From: an uncultured Chloroflexia bacterium
GTDB lineage: Bacteria; Chloroflexota; Dehalococcoidia; DSTF01; JALHUB01
Reading direction: 5' to 3'
DNA length: 64,000 nt
Assembly: GCA_963719465.1 (NCBI GenBank)
Contig: OY970386.1
Span: 789,789 to 853,788, forward strand
The translations under genes were made by a program, and so were the position numbers. Positions 1-10,685 of this stretch are shown one piece after another. Every line of letters begins with the position of its first letter. Positions within the stretch are counted from its first letter, which is position 1. Under the pieces are notes generated by a model. It ran no database searches. It worked only from the letters and a program-made list of their open reading frames with translations, and had not been told where the DNA came from.

Positions 1-923
1 GTCACGTCACCGATGGCGTAGACGCCGGGGACGTTCGTCTTCATGCGATCGTCAACCTGCGCGAAGCCGCGCTCCGTCGCCACGCCCAGCGCTTCGATGC
101 CCATGCCGTCGCTCTTGCCGCCGAACCCGACCGCGATGAGCGCTTTCTCGGCGTTGACCTCTCGGTCGTCGCCGCCCGCGCTCACGGAAAGCCACGCTTT
201 TCCGCTCTCGACCCGCAGTTCCTTCACCTCCGCCCTCGTCATGAACTCAATGCCCTGTTGTTTGAACGACCGCTCGAGCTGGCGGGAGACATCCTCGTCC
301 TCGAGCGGCAGCAGGCGGTCCAGCAGCTCGACGATGGTGACTTTGGAGCCGTACGCCGCGTACAGATAGGCGAACTCGACTCCGACGGGGCCAGCGCCGA
401 CGATAGCGATGCTCTCCGGCGCCTGCCGCAGCTCCAGCGCCTCGCGGCTGGTCATGACGGTCGAGCCCTCGATTGCAATGCCGGGCAGCGTGCGGGCGAA
501 GCCGCCGCTGGCGATGATCACGTTCTTCGCCTGCACGACGGCGCCCGACGGCTCCACGGCGACTTCGCCGGCGCTCTTCAGCGCTCCCGCGCCTCTGATG
601 ATGTCGACGCCGTTCTTCTGGAGCAGGAACTCGACGCCGCTGACCATGCGGTCGACGACCTGGCGGCTGCGGTCGACGGCGGCGGCGAAGTCGAAGCGCG
701 GGTTATCGCAAGCCATGCCGAACTCCTGGCCGCGCCGGACGAGGCGGATAAGATCGGCGTTAGTCAGCAGGGCCTTGGAAGGGATGCAACCCCAGTTGAG
801 ACAGACGCCGCCGATGCGGTCCTTTTCGATAAGGGCGGTCTTGAGGTTGAGCTGTCCGGCCCGGATTGCGGCGACGTAGCCACCCGGCCCGCCCCCGATT
901 ATCGCTACATCGTACTCCGCCAT
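1..923 (-). CDS. lpd: dihydrolipoyl dehydrogenase (E3 component), N-terminal part; gene runs off the window start
   Basis: Reverse-strand translation from ATG at 923 gives MAEYDVAIIGGGPGGYVAAIRAG...GGVCLNWGCIPSKALL...VYAIGDVT. This shows the FAD GxGxxG fold and the redox-active CxxxxC disulfide. It is absent from the ORF track because there is no stop codon inside the window. Confidence 0.9.
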   Translation of the reverse strand, partial: MAEYDVAIIGGGPGGYVAAIRAGQLNLKTALIEKDRIGGVCLNWGCIPSKALLTNADLIRLVRRGQEFGMACDNPRFDFAAAVDRSRQVVDRMVSGVEFLLQKNGVDIIRGAGALKSAGEVAVEPSGAVVQAKNVIIASGGFARTLPGIAIEGSTVMTSREALELRQAPESIAIVGAGPVGVEFAYLYAAYGSKVTIVELLDRLLPLEDEDVSRQLERSFKQQGIEFMTRAEVKELRVESGKAWLSVSAGGDDREVNAEKALIAVGFGGKSDGMGIEALGVATERGFAQVDDRMKTNVPGVYAIGDV

Positions 924-1217
924 GAGGCTCCTTCCCCGCAGCGCCGGCGAAAGACGCTCGGCCTTGGGAACGACGTCGAGGTCTTGCGATCGCGGGCCTT
1001 ATCTTCATTGAACCATCGGCGGATCAGGTTGTCAACGCGACGTTCTGCGCATCAGGCTGACGGTGCTGCTAGCAGCGCTGCCGCTTCGGCAAAAGCTACG
1101 CTGATCTTCCCACCCACCCGCCTGCCTGCCGGCAGGCAGGCCCACACACGCGTTCCTGGAATCCGAAGATTCCCCGATCCGTCGGACAAGCGGAAGAGGA
1201 GCCTCGTTCCGACAGCT

Positions 1218-1551
1218 TCAGGGCTTGATCATGATGAGCAGCATCTTGAAGCGAGACGGCGCTTTCAAGGCGTGGGGCTCGTTGGCCAGGCATCAGGATC
1301 ATGTCGCCCGCGCGCAGTTGCGACAGCTTGTCGGAGATCGCGACCTCTGCGTCGCCGTCGAGAACGTAGACCAGGGCGTCGAACGGTGACGTATGCTCCG
1401 TCAGCCCTTCGCCTTCGTCGAAGGCGAACAGCGTCACGTTGCCGCCGCCTGCCTTGACCAGCTGGCGGCTCACAACCGAGCCCTCCTGATAGTCGACCAG
1501 CTCTGCCATTCGCTCGACCCGCGCTACCCGGCCTCCGTCGACTTGCCCCAT
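1218..1551 (-). CDS. cupin-domain protein (single-base frameshift near 1290)
   Basis: ORF 1096..1551 encodes ...NVTLFAFDEGEGLTEHTSPFDALVYVLDGDAEV...AGDMILMPG, then loses similarity. The adjacent frame continues NEPHALKAPSRFKMLLIMIKP*, the expected cupin C-terminus. One extra G in cctggccaacgag would explain it. Confidence 0.7.
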
Positions 1552-1568
1552 AATCCCGCTCCCCTCCG

Positions 1569-2930
1569 TCAGGGCGCCCTTTCGAGCTGGTAGACCATCT
1601 TGTCGAAGCTGAGCGCTACGAGCTCGCCGTCAGGCAGTACGCCAAAGGAGGTGATCGGATGACCGGAGTTCGTCAACAAGATCGGCGCGCCATACGACCT
1701 CGTATCCAGAGCCCACACCCGTCCGCTGCAGTAGTCGCCGTAGATGAAGCGGCCGTCGAGCTCCGGCATCTCAGAACCATAATAGACGAAGCCGCCGATG
1801 ATCGCGCAGCCAACGTCGTGGCCGTAGACCGCCCTGGGGAGCTTCAGCCCCGTCTTGTCGCAGTTCTGCGTCCCGTAGCAGTCGAAACCCTCCATGATGC
1901 TCCAGCCGTAGTTGCCACCGGGGTTGATCTCATCGACCTCCTCCCACTTGTCCTGGCCGACGTCGCCGACCCACAGCATCCCGGTCGACGGGTCGAAGCT
2001 GAAGCGCCAGGGATTACGCAGGCCGTAGGCGTACTTCTCCGGTCGGGCGCCGGGCACAGATACGAACGGGTTGTTGGGCGGGACCGTGTAGCCGTCGCCG
2101 GACACATCGAGGCGCAGAATGGACGAAAGAAGCGTGTCCAGCTTCTGGCCGTTTCCCTGCGGGTCACCCTCCGAGCCGCCGTCGCCGAGGCCCCAGTACA
2201 GGTAGCCGTCCGGCCCGAAGGCGATCTGACCGCCCTTGTGGTTATCGAACGGCTCCGGCACCTCCAGGATGACGCGCTCGCTCCCAGTGTCCATCACATC
2301 GTTGGTTGCGCTGAATCGCGCGAGCACGTCTCTCGTTGGATTGCCCGCGACGTAATCGACGAAGACGCGTTTGTCCGATTGGAAGTTCGGCGAGAAGGCG
2401 AGGCCGAGCAAGCCCTCCTCATTGCCCGGATTGGCGATGATCAATTTCGACAGGTCGCCAAAAACCGTCGGCGGTGCGCTGCCATCGAGCGGCACGTGGT
2501 AGATGACGCCGCCCTGCGTCAGTACGACTGCCGCGTTAGGGTTTTGCGGAATCGTCACGAAGCCGAGCATACGGTCGAAATTGGCCTGCGACAGTATCGG
2601 GACGAGCTGATAAGCCTCGGCGACAGGAGTATCGTCCTGAGAAGGCGTACCGACCGCGGGAGGTGGCGCCCCGGTGGGGACCGCCGTCGGCGTCGGCGTA
2701 GCCGAGCCGCCGCCGCTTCCACCACAGCCGGAAGCAAGCGCCGCCAGGCAGACCGCCGCGGCCACGGCCAATGGAAGCGTCAGCCCGACGCGGGGGAAAG
2801 GCCGTTTGCGACGGCTGCCAATGACTGGGGCATGAATTGGGCCGCACTTTCCGCCGGCAATCCATCTGCAGGCCAGGCCTTTCTCCAGCTTCACTATCCA
2901 TGTCCTTTTTCCCACAGTCCTTTCTCCCAA
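1569..2930 (-). CDS. PQQ-dependent sugar (glucose/sorbosone) dehydrogenase-like lipoprotein
   Basis: Six-bladed beta-propeller soluble aldose dehydrogenase motifs (GLLGLAFSP, DGYLYWGLGDGG, NYGWSIMEGF) follow a signal peptide with an LASGC lipobox. The true start may lie downstream of the annotated M. Confidence 0.8.
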   Translation of the reverse strand: MGERTVGKRTWIVKLEKGLACRWIAGGKCGPIHAPVIGSRRKRPFPRVGLTLPLAVAAAVCLAALASGCGGSGGGSATPTPTAVPTGAPPPAVGTPSQDDTPVAEAYQLVPILSQANFDRMLGFVTIPQNPNAAVVLTQGGVIYHVPLDGSAPPTVFGDLSKLIIANPGNEEGLLGLAFSPNFQSDKRVFVDYVAGNPTRDVLARFSATNDVMDTGSERVILEVPEPFDNHKGGQIAFGPDGYLYWGLGDGGSEGDPQGNGQKLDTLLSSILRLDVSGDGYTVPPNNPFVSVPGARPEKYAYGLRNPWRFSFDPSTGMLWVGDVGQDKWEEVDEINPGGNYGWSIMEGFDCYGTQNCDKTGLKLPRAVYGHDVGCAIIGGFVYYGSEMPELDGRFIYGDYCSGRVWALDTRSYGAPILLTNSGHPITSFGVLPDGELVALSFDKMVYQLERAP

Positions 2931-2936
2931 CTGACC

Positions 2937-3662
2937 TCACTGCTCGCTCGAGGCAGTCGTCCCAATCGCGACGAGCGAGATGTCGCCGAAAAGCTCCTCC
3001 TGCTGGCCCCAGACGCGGCCTTCCTTGATCAGCTCCAGAACCGCCAGGAAGGAAACGATGACCTCGACGCGCGAGCGGCAGGCCAGCACCAGCCGCCGAA
3101 AGCTCACCTGCCCCGACTCCCGCAGCGCCGACTCGATCTCCCGCACCTTCTCCTTCACCGAGACGATGTCGCGCGGGATCGCCGTCACCGGCTCCTGCGG
3201 CTGGCGCGTCATGGCGTCGCGGAAGAGCGCCATGAGCCTGTCCAGCGTCACCTTGTCGAGCCCGGCGGGAAGCGGCACGTCCGGTGGGGGCGCGTTGCGT
3301 CGATAGGCGCGCAGCCCTTCGTCTTCGATCTCACGCAGCGCCAGCGCCACGTCCTTGAAGCGCTTGTACTCCCGCAGCATCTCCGTCAGCTCGCGACCTA
3401 CGGCTTCCTCCTCCGCCTGCTCAGCCTCCGTCGGCGGACGCGGCAGCAGCGCGCGTGACTTCAGGTAGATGAGCTTCGCGCCGATGGAGACGAAATCAGC
3501 GAGGGCGTCCAGGTTGATCTGCTCCCAGGAGTGGAGCTGCGCCAGGTACTGGTCGGTCACCTGGACTAGGGAGACTGTCGTTATGTCGAGCTCATCCTTC
3601 TCGATCAGGTGGAGAAGAAGATCGAGCGGGCCTTCGAAATAGGGCAGCTTGAGCTCATACAT
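2937..3662 (-). CDS. scpA: segregation and condensation protein A
   Basis: MYELKLPYFEGPLDLLLHLIEKDELDI... is a typical ScpA N-terminus. The start is placed at the internal M of ORF 2937..3701. Confidence 0.85.
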   Translation of the reverse strand: MYELKLPYFEGPLDLLLHLIEKDELDITTVSLVQVTDQYLAQLHSWEQINLDALADFVSIGAKLIYLKSRALLPRPPTEAEQAEEEAVGRELTEMLREYKRFKDVALALREIEDEGLRAYRRNAPPPDVPLPAGLDKVTLDRLMALFRDAMTRQPQEPVTAIPRDIVSVKEKVREIESALRESGQVSFRRLVLACRSRVEVIVSFLAVLELIKEGRVWGQQEELFGDISLVAIGTTASSEQ

Positions 3663-3718
3663 AGCGATGAGGGCCTCGAACGGCTCTGCCGAGGCCCTCA
3701 TTCTCGCGCATTGCTCCG

Positions 3719-4744
3719 CTACACGCGAGCGAGCGGTCGCCGCACCGCGTCGCTCAGCGCTCGGACTCCATCCATGAGGTGTGCGAAGTTAGCGAAGGTC
3801 AGGCTTTGCGGCCCGTCCGAGAGGGCTCGGTCCGGGTCCGGATGGATCTCAATCATGAGGCCGTCCGCGCCCGCCGCGACGGCTGCCAGCGACATCGGCT
3901 CTACCAGGTACCAGCGGCCCGTCCCGTGGCTCGGATCGGCGATGACAGGGAGGTGGCTCAGCCGCTTGGCGAGCGGTATCGCCGCCACATCCAGAGTGAA
4001 GCGCGTGGCGGTCTCGAACGTGCGGATGCCGCGCTCGCAGAGGACGACCTGCGTGTTGCCGCGCGCCAGAACGTACTCCGCGGAAAGCAACCACTCCTCG
4101 ACCGAGCAGGCCATGCCGCGCTTCAGCAGCACCGGCTTGTTGCAGTCGCCCACCTCGTCCAGCAGGTAGTAGTTCTGGGCGTTCCGCGTGCCGATCTGCA
4201 GCATGTCAACGTGCTGTGCCACGGTCTCGACGTCGCGCGGGTCCATCACCTCGCTGACGGTGGGCAGGCCGACTTCACGACCGGCGTCCGCCAGTATGCG
4301 CAGCCCTTCTTCCACCAGCCCACGGAAGGTGTGCGGGCTGCTCCGCGGCTTGAAGGCGCCGCCGCGCAGGATGTGCCCACCGGCTGCTTTCACCGCCTGC
4401 GCCGTCTGCAGCATTTGCTCCGGCGTATCGACGGAGCACTGCCCGGCGATGACGACGGTCTCGCCGTTGCCGATCTCGACGTTGCCTACCTTGACGATCG
4501 TGTCCTGCGGCTTCAGCTCGCGGCTCGCCAGCTTGTACGGCTTCGATATGGGCACCGTCTGGTCGACACCCGGCATGGCGTGAAGCTCGTCCGCCAGCTC
4601 GGGGTAGATATGCCCGATAACGCCGACAACGGTCCGCTCGACCCCTACGCTCATGTGCGCGGAAAGCCCGCGTTCTCGCAGGTGGTCGAGCACCGCTTCA
4701 AGGTCTTGCTTGCTATGTTCTTTTTTCATCACGACCATCATCAC
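3719..4744 (-). CDS. aroF: 3-deoxy-7-phosphoheptulonate (DAHP) synthase, type I-beta with N-terminal regulatory domain
   Basis: The KDSA/AroG-like core (GAFKPRSSPHTFRGL, KRGMACSVEEW, IADPSHGTG) carries an approximately 70-aa N-terminal extension of the kind seen in Thermotoga/Bacillus-type DAHP synthases. Confidence 0.85.
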   Translation of the reverse strand: MMMVVMKKEHSKQDLEAVLDHLRERGLSAHMSVGVERTVVGVIGHIYPELADELHAMPGVDQTVPISKPYKLASRELKPQDTIVKVGNVEIGNGETVVIAGQCSVDTPEQMLQTAQAVKAAGGHILRGGAFKPRSSPHTFRGLVEEGLRILADAGREVGLPTVSEVMDPRDVETVAQHVDMLQIGTRNAQNYYLLDEVGDCNKPVLLKRGMACSVEEWLLSAEYVLARGNTQVVLCERGIRTFETATRFTLDVAAIPLAKRLSHLPVIADPSHGTGRWYLVEPMSLAAVAAGADGLMIEIHPDPDRALSDGPQSLTFANFAHLMDGVRALSDAVRRPLARV

Positions 4745-4760
4745 TTATCTGCTCCCTGCC

Positions 4761-5135
4761 TCATCCTTGCGGGTCGTATTCTCTATCGGGTCGGAGAACG
4801 CGGGCGTCCTTGAGGTAGACGTGAACGATCTCGTCGGCGCCCTTCTCCGTGTTGATGAGAAGGAGGATGCGAAGGCACTGTTGAACGCTTCCCGGGACCG
4901 CTATCTCGCTTGCGCAGATCAGCGGCGCATCCTTCCAGCCCATCTCGCGGGCGGCCCTGGCGGGGAACTCGGCGTTGAGGTCGCTTGTGGTGGTGAAGAG
5001 CGCTGCCGCGACGTCCTCAACGCGAACGTCATTCGCTGCGACCATATCTTCGAGAAGCTCTCGGCTGGCGGCCAGGATGCCGGGTGCGGTGTTGCTATCT
5101 ACGGTGATAGCGCCTCGGATACCTCGGCAGAGCAC
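4761..5135 (-). CDS. aroH: chorismate mutase, AroH class
   Basis: MLCRGIRGAITV...FTTTSDLNAEFPARAAREMGW...VYLKDARVLRPD matches the monofunctional AroH fold. It lies 16 nt downstream of the DAHP synthase. Confidence 0.8.
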   Translation of the reverse strand: MLCRGIRGAITVDSNTAPGILAASRELLEDMVAANDVRVEDVAAALFTTTSDLNAEFPARAAREMGWKDAPLICASEIAVPGSVQQCLRILLLINTEKGADEIVHVYLKDARVLRPDREYDPQG

Positions 5136-5437
5136 TGGAGTTACCAGCTCTCGAGCACGCCGGCTGCTCCCGTTTCAGAGAAGCCCTGCGTGAAGTGGGC
5201 CAAACAGGCCGGCCAGGAAGGCATACGGGCGGCTACGACGCGTTTCCGCCTCGACGCGGCTCGTCGTAGCCTTTGACCTTGTTCCTCCCATGGCCGGTGA
5301 GCACCTCGTAGTATGGTCTTGCGCTCTTCGCCTGATTATCGGACAAACGAAATCCCACAACAGCAAACGCTGCGGCGTGCTGATATTACCATAAACACCC
5401 GTCGCTGCACAGCCCCCGGCGAGTCGCGTTCGAAAAG

Positions 5438-6199
5438 CTAGCGATTCGCGAGCGTGGCGATGAAGCTGACGAGGTTGAAGAGGAAGTGGGCGGAGATCGT
5501 CGTCCAGATCGAGCCGGTGTAGGCGTAGCCGGCGGCGAACAGCATTCCGACGAAGGTGAAGGGGATAAGCGTCGTCGGCTGGCCGTGGGCGAGCGAAAAA
5601 AGGAAGCCGCTGATCAGCGCCGCCGTGAAAAAGGAGAACCGCTTCCGGAGGCCGCCGAAGACAAAGCCGCGGAAGAAGGTCTCCTCCATGAACGGCGCCA
5701 GGATGAGCGCGAGGACGCCCGCCAGCACGATGAACGCGGTCTGGTTCAGGACGTCCTCCTTGAGATTGCTCTGCGGCAGGAAGTTGCTGCCGCCTATCGC
5801 GTCGGCGATGACGGCGTACACTTCGACGGCGACGAAGGCACCGACGACAACCGCCGGCGTCACCCAGACGAGGTTCAGCGGCAATCGCCGGAATCCCAGC
5901 GAGCGCAGCTTCGCGCCCTTGGTGCCGACCGTCAGCCCCAGCGCGATGATGAGCAGCGTCACCTCGAACGGCAGGCTGGCCACCAGCGAGACCTGCTCCG
6001 CCGGCTCCGTCTCGGTCACGTCGATTCCGAAGATCGCGGCGATAACGAGCGCAATCGTCGGTATGACCAGGAGCGCCACAACGCCCAGGACAAGGCCGAT
6101 AATTATCTCGCGCGGTCCCCAGGTCACTTCTCGCCGCCAGTCTTCGCGAGGCGGCTCAGGCTCCAGATAGCTGTTCATCGTCGAGCTGTCTTCTTTCAA
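5438..6199 (-). CDS. CPBP (CAAX) family intramembrane metalloprotease
   Basis: Multi-TM protein with EETFFRGFVFGGLRK and FSLAHG...HFLFN motifs (Abi/CPBP family). Confidence 0.75.
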   Translation of the reverse strand: MKEDSSTMNSYLEPEPPREDWRREVTWGPREIIIGLVLGVVALLVIPTIALVIAAIFGIDVTETEPAEQVSLVASLPFEVTLLIIALGLTVGTKGAKLRSLGFRRLPLNLVWVTPAVVVGAFVAVEVYAVIADAIGGSNFLPQSNLKEDVLNQTAFIVLAGVLALILAPFMEETFFRGFVFGGLRKRFSFFTAALISGFLFSLAHGQPTTLIPFTFVGMLFAAGYAYTGSIWTTISAHFLFNLVSFIATLANR

Positions 6200-6281
6200 G
6201 AAACGACGACCTCAAGGCCGACACCTAATTATCGACGCATAGTGCCAGGGGAAGCAATCAAGGGGAGAACATCCCACTCGG

Positions 6282-7136
6282 TTAAACCATCAGCTCGCGC
6301 GCCTTGCGCTTCACGTCTCGGGCCAGAATCAGCTCTTCGCCGCAAAGGACAGCGTGGACGCCGCAGGCCGCCATCCGCTCGACTTCCGCCCGTTCGCCGA
6401 TGCCGTGCTCGCTTATGACGACGACGCTTCCGGGGATGAGCGGTCGCAGCCGCTCCGTCGTAGCCAGGTCCGACGCTTGCGTCCCATAATCCGTGTTCTC
6501 GATGCCGATCATCGTTGTCCCGGCGTCCAGCGCGCGCTGCACTTCGAACTCGTCGCGCACCTCCAACAGGCATTCCAGGTCGAGCTCCGCCGCCAGCGCC
6601 ATGAGCGACCGCAGCTCGCCGTCCGAAAGGATCGCCGGCAGCAGGGCGACGGCGTCGGCGCCGAAAGCGCGCGACTCCCAGATCTGGTACGGGTCGAACA
6701 GGAAGTCGCGCCTGAGGATCGCGGGCCGCCCGCCGGGGTAGTAGCCGTCGAGGATGTTGCGCGTCTGCAGCAGGTGGTCGATGTGCCCCATGTAGTGCTT
6801 CGCCTCAGTAACCACCGCGACACCGGTGACGCCGCTGTGAGTGTAGGCGCGCGGAAGCCCCTGTCGCTCCAGATCGTTGACCAGCCGGCCGCGGCCCGGC
6901 ACCGCCTTCTTGATCTCGCCGATCACCTGGACGCGCTTGCCGCCGTTCAGCGGGCCCCGCGGCCCTTCCAGGATCGCACGAATCAAGCTCCATTGCTCGG
7001 CGCGGCCTTCCTTCTGCTCGGTGAGTTGCTTGATCCGCCGCTTCAGCGATTCCAGCGGCTCCTTTTGCTGTCGATACGGCAGCTCTTCGCGCTTGGCGGC
7101 GACGACACCGTCGAGAAAGGCTTCTGCGGTCATCAT
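6282..7136 (-). CDS. trpC: indole-3-glycerol-phosphate synthase
   Basis: KKAVPGRGRL...FLFDPYQIWESRAFGADAVLL...LLEVRDEFE...IGIENTD are TrpC TIM-barrel motifs. No other trp biosynthesis genes are adjacent. Confidence 0.85.
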   Translation of the reverse strand: MMTAEAFLDGVVAAKREELPYRQQKEPLESLKRRIKQLTEQKEGRAEQWSLIRAILEGPRGPLNGGKRVQVIGEIKKAVPGRGRLVNDLERQGLPRAYTHSGVTGVAVVTEAKHYMGHIDHLLQTRNILDGYYPGGRPAILRRDFLFDPYQIWESRAFGADAVALLPAILSDGELRSLMALAAELDLECLLEVRDEFEVQRALDAGTTMIGIENTDYGTQASDLATTERLRPLIPGSVVVISEHGIGERAEVERMAACGVHAVLCGEELILARDVKRKARELMV

Positions 7137-7182
7137 GCGTCAGTATGGGGGAGAAGGGCGTTTCTGGTCGAGGGCGGCGGCG

Positions 7183-7449
7183 CTAGAGGTCGTACGTGTC
7201 TTCGGAACGGCGCCGGACGTTAAGAACGAGAACGAGCCGGGCGGCATCGGATACGGTGTAAAGCGCTCGAAATCGGCCGATGCGCAGCCGCCACGTGGCC
7301 ACCGACACGTTCTTCACCTTGAGAACGCCGCGCGGCCGCGGATCATCCCTCAGGGCGGCGAGAGCCCGCGCGATACGGGCGGCGTCTTTCTTCGGCAACC
7401 CGTCTAAGTTCCGCTGAGCCAGCTTTGTCAGGTCTACCCGGTACGGCAA
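7183..7449 (-). CDS. type II toxin, RelE/ParE family
   Basis: An 88-aa protein (MPYRVDLTKLAQRNLDGLPKKDAARIARALAAL...RIGRFRALYTV...LVLNVRRRSEDTY) with the classic RelE/ParE pattern, downstream of the antitoxin in the same orientation. Confidence 0.75.
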   Translation of the reverse strand: MPYRVDLTKLAQRNLDGLPKKDAARIARALAALRDDPRPRGVLKVKNVSVATWRLRIGRFRALYTVSDAARLVLVLNVRRRSEDTYDL

Positions 7450-7669
7450 TCCCGCGCCTCTGCATGTATTCCTCCAGCGTCACGGCCGCTTCGGGACTGG
7501 CGGCATACTCCGCCAGTGAGCGTTCGGCGATGACGCCGTCCAGTTCGTCTTCAAACGTCTTGTCGAGGGCCAGGCGGATCAGCGCGGCCATCGTCGTCCG
7601 CCGGCGGAACGCGAGGACGCGCAGCGCCTCATGAGTATCCTCGTCCAGGTAGATCATCAGCTTCTTCAT
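7343..7669 (-). CDS. RHH/Phd-like antitoxin paired with the RelE/ParE toxin
   Basis: MKKLMIYLDEDTHEALRVLAFRRRTTMAALIRLALDKTFE is a ribbon-helix-helix antitoxin N-terminus. The annotated 3' end overlaps the toxin by about 107 nt, so its C-terminus is probably mis-framed by another indel. Confidence 0.65.
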   Translation of the reverse strand: MKKLMIYLDEDTHEALRVLAFRRRTTMAALIRLALDKTFEDELDGVIAERSLAEYAASPEAAVTLEEYMQRRGIAVPGRPDKAGSAELRRVAEERRRPYRAGSRRPEG

Positions 7670-7685
7670 CGTTCTGCCAGCTTCT

Positions 7686-7745
7686 CTGCTATCTTTCTGC
7701 TATCTTTCTGCTATCTTTCTGCTATCTTCCTGCTATCTTCTCTGC
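7686..7745. repeat. 11-bp tandem direct repeat (ctgctatcttt x5, last copies degenerate) in the TA promoter region
   Basis: Read directly: ctgctatcttt ctgctatcttt ctgctatcttt ctgctatcttc ctgctatcttctctg. It is followed by an AT-rich stretch containing catatatatatg. Confidence 0.85.
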
Positions 7746-7823
7746 CAATGCCTCGATGACATCATGACATATATATATGTTGGTGTCAATATCCCAGTGT
7801 TTTTCTTAATCGTCCCACAGCTC

Positions 7824-7847
7824 GTAGGGGAGGTCTTTAGACCTCCC
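7824..7847. repeat. REP element copy (GTAGGGGAGGTCTTTAGACCTCCC, perfect 9-bp inverted repeat)
   Basis: An identical 24-mer recurs at 32361, 32425 and, inverted, at 32938, flanking the RAYT gene. Confidence 0.8.
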
Positions 7848-7926
7848 GTTGGGGACGGGAAGGGCGAAGACCGACGGCGGCCGGAATACGCCCGACCGCC
7901 GTCGTAGGTTCTGCCGTTCGATTCGA

Positions 7927-8931
7927 CTAGCCGAGGTAGTTCAGGCGCAGCGCCGCCCGCACCTCCGACATCGTCTGCTCGGCGACGCGCTTGCCAAAGC
8001 CGCTGCCCTCCGCGAGCGCCTCTCGAACAAGCTCCGGCCTGGCTTCGTAGCCGGCCCGGCGCTCCCGGATCGGCTCCAGCAGCGCGTTCAGCGCCCGCGC
8101 CAGCTTCTGCTTCACCTCGACGTTGCCTACTTTGCCGACGACGTAGCGCTCCTTGAGGTCCTGCACCTCTGGCTTATCGGGATTGAAGGCGTCGTGGTAC
8201 ATGAAGACCGGATTGCCCTCGACGTGGCCGGGGTCGTCGGCGTGGATGCGCGTCGGGTCGGTGAACATGCGCATCACTTTCTGCGTCACGGTCGCGGCGT
8301 CGTCCTTCAGGTAGATGGCGTTGTTCAGCGACTTGCTCATCTTCGCCTGACCGTCGATTCCGACCAGCCGTGGCACCCGTCCGACGAGCCCCTCCGGCTC
8401 CGGAAACACCTCGCCGAAAAGCCGGTTGAACCGCCGCGCGACCTCCCGCGTCATCTCCACGTGCGGCGCCTGGTCCTCGCCCGTCGGCACCAGGTTCGCC
8501 TTCGGCATCAGGATGTTCGCCACCTGCATGATGGGATAGGTGAAGAAGGCTACCGGCACCGCTTCCTTCGACCGCGACTCCAGCTCGTCCATCTCCGCCT
8601 TGAGCGTCGGATTGCGCTGCAGCCTGCCGAGCCCGACGTACCAGCTAAGCCAGACCGTCAGCTCGGCGTGCTCCGGTACCAGGCTCTCGATTACGAAGTG
8701 GCTGCGTTGCGGGTCCAGGCCGACCGCCAGCCAGTCCATCGCGATCTCGATGACGGACTGTCGCACGGTGTCGATGTCGTCGGCGTAGTCGGAGACCTGG
8801 TAGTCGGCGATCAGGAAGAAGCATTCGTACTCGTCCTGCAGCCGCACCCAGTTCTCGAGCGCGCCGGCGTAGTGCCCGAGGTGAAGCGGGCCGGTGGGCC
8901 GGATGCCGGTCAGAATGCGTTTCTTGGCCAT
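7927..8931 (-). CDS. trpS: tryptophan--tRNA ligase
   Basis: Class I aaRS motifs: TGIRPTGPLHLGHY (HIGH-like) and KMSKS. Confidence 0.9.
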   Translation of the reverse strand: MAKKRILTGIRPTGPLHLGHYAGALENWVRLQDEYECFFLIADYQVSDYADDIDTVRQSVIEIAMDWLAVGLDPQRSHFVIESLVPEHAELTVWLSWYVGLGRLQRNPTLKAEMDELESRSKEAVPVAFFTYPIMQVANILMPKANLVPTGEDQAPHVEMTREVARRFNRLFGEVFPEPEGLVGRVPRLVGIDGQAKMSKSLNNAIYLKDDAATVTQKVMRMFTDPTRIHADDPGHVEGNPVFMYHDAFNPDKPEVQDLKERYVVGKVGNVEVKQKLARALNALLEPIRERRAGYEARPELVREALAEGSGFGKRVAEQTMSEVRAALRLNYLG

Positions 8932-8956
8932 GCGTTGCTTACGATAGCATATCCTC

Positions 8957-10309
<1,353 letters not shown>

Positions 10310-10678
10310 GCTTTCTCCTTTCTCTTGGTCTAGCCCGTACGGGCTGCTTGGCATTTCCACCAAACAAAAAAGCCCCCGCCCGTAAGGGCGAGAGCGTTCT
10401 CGCGGTGCCACCTCACTTGCCCCGACGGACCGCGCGGGCGTCGAGACATCTCCTGTCAGGCACGGCCCGCCTAAGGCGGACGATACCCTGGGCTCTGCTA
10501 ACGGTGCCCTTCCGGCAAAGCCTACTTGAGTCGCCGAAGCGACCGGTTCGGTTTGCGGCTCCCAGGTCCATTTGGTCGCTGCGCTGGCGCCGGCTCTCAC
10601 CGCTTCCGGCTCTCTGCGGCCTCGCCTGCGACGTACTAGTCCTGCTCTCAGCCGTTCGCTATTCAGATGTGCGGCGAA
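10310..10678 (-). promoter_or_regulatory. T-box riboswitch leader (likely tRNA-Trp, candidate specifier UGG) for trpB2-trpS
   Basis: The minus strand carries the conserved T-box sequence GAGGUGGCACCGCG. It is followed by the terminator hairpin CGCCCUUACGGGCG plus GGGGCUUUUUUG, about 40 nt before the trpB2 RBS. An AGAGA box and AAAUGGA in a stem-I-like region lie upstream. Confidence 0.65.
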
Positions 10679-10685
10679 TATAGCA

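Noticed and set aside
258-1457. 399-aa plus-strand ORF, and other long antisense ORFs (1659..3458, 3779..4813, 5486..6418, 6354..7223, 7849..9093, 8910..10367, 15990..17273, 35583..36953, 38001..39266, 39521..40459, 45595..47082, 49134..50510, 57778..59229, 59731..60660)
   Set aside because: Each lies antisense to or out of frame with a well-supported conserved gene (lpd, PQQ-dehydrogenase, DAHP synthase, CPBP, trpC, trpS/trpB, cinA, leuC, leuA, ilvC, M16 peptidase, YVTN protein, gyrA, pterin MT). Their Arg/Ala/Gly-rich low-complexity translations are typical shadow ORFs of high-GC DNA.
7686-7745. 11-bp tandem repeats, and the 150-bp repeats at 59501..59830, as a possible CRISPR array
   Set aside because: Units are directly adjacent with no unique spacers, and unit lengths (11 bp; 150 bp containing coding sequence) are wrong for CRISPR. 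No cas genes are present in the window.
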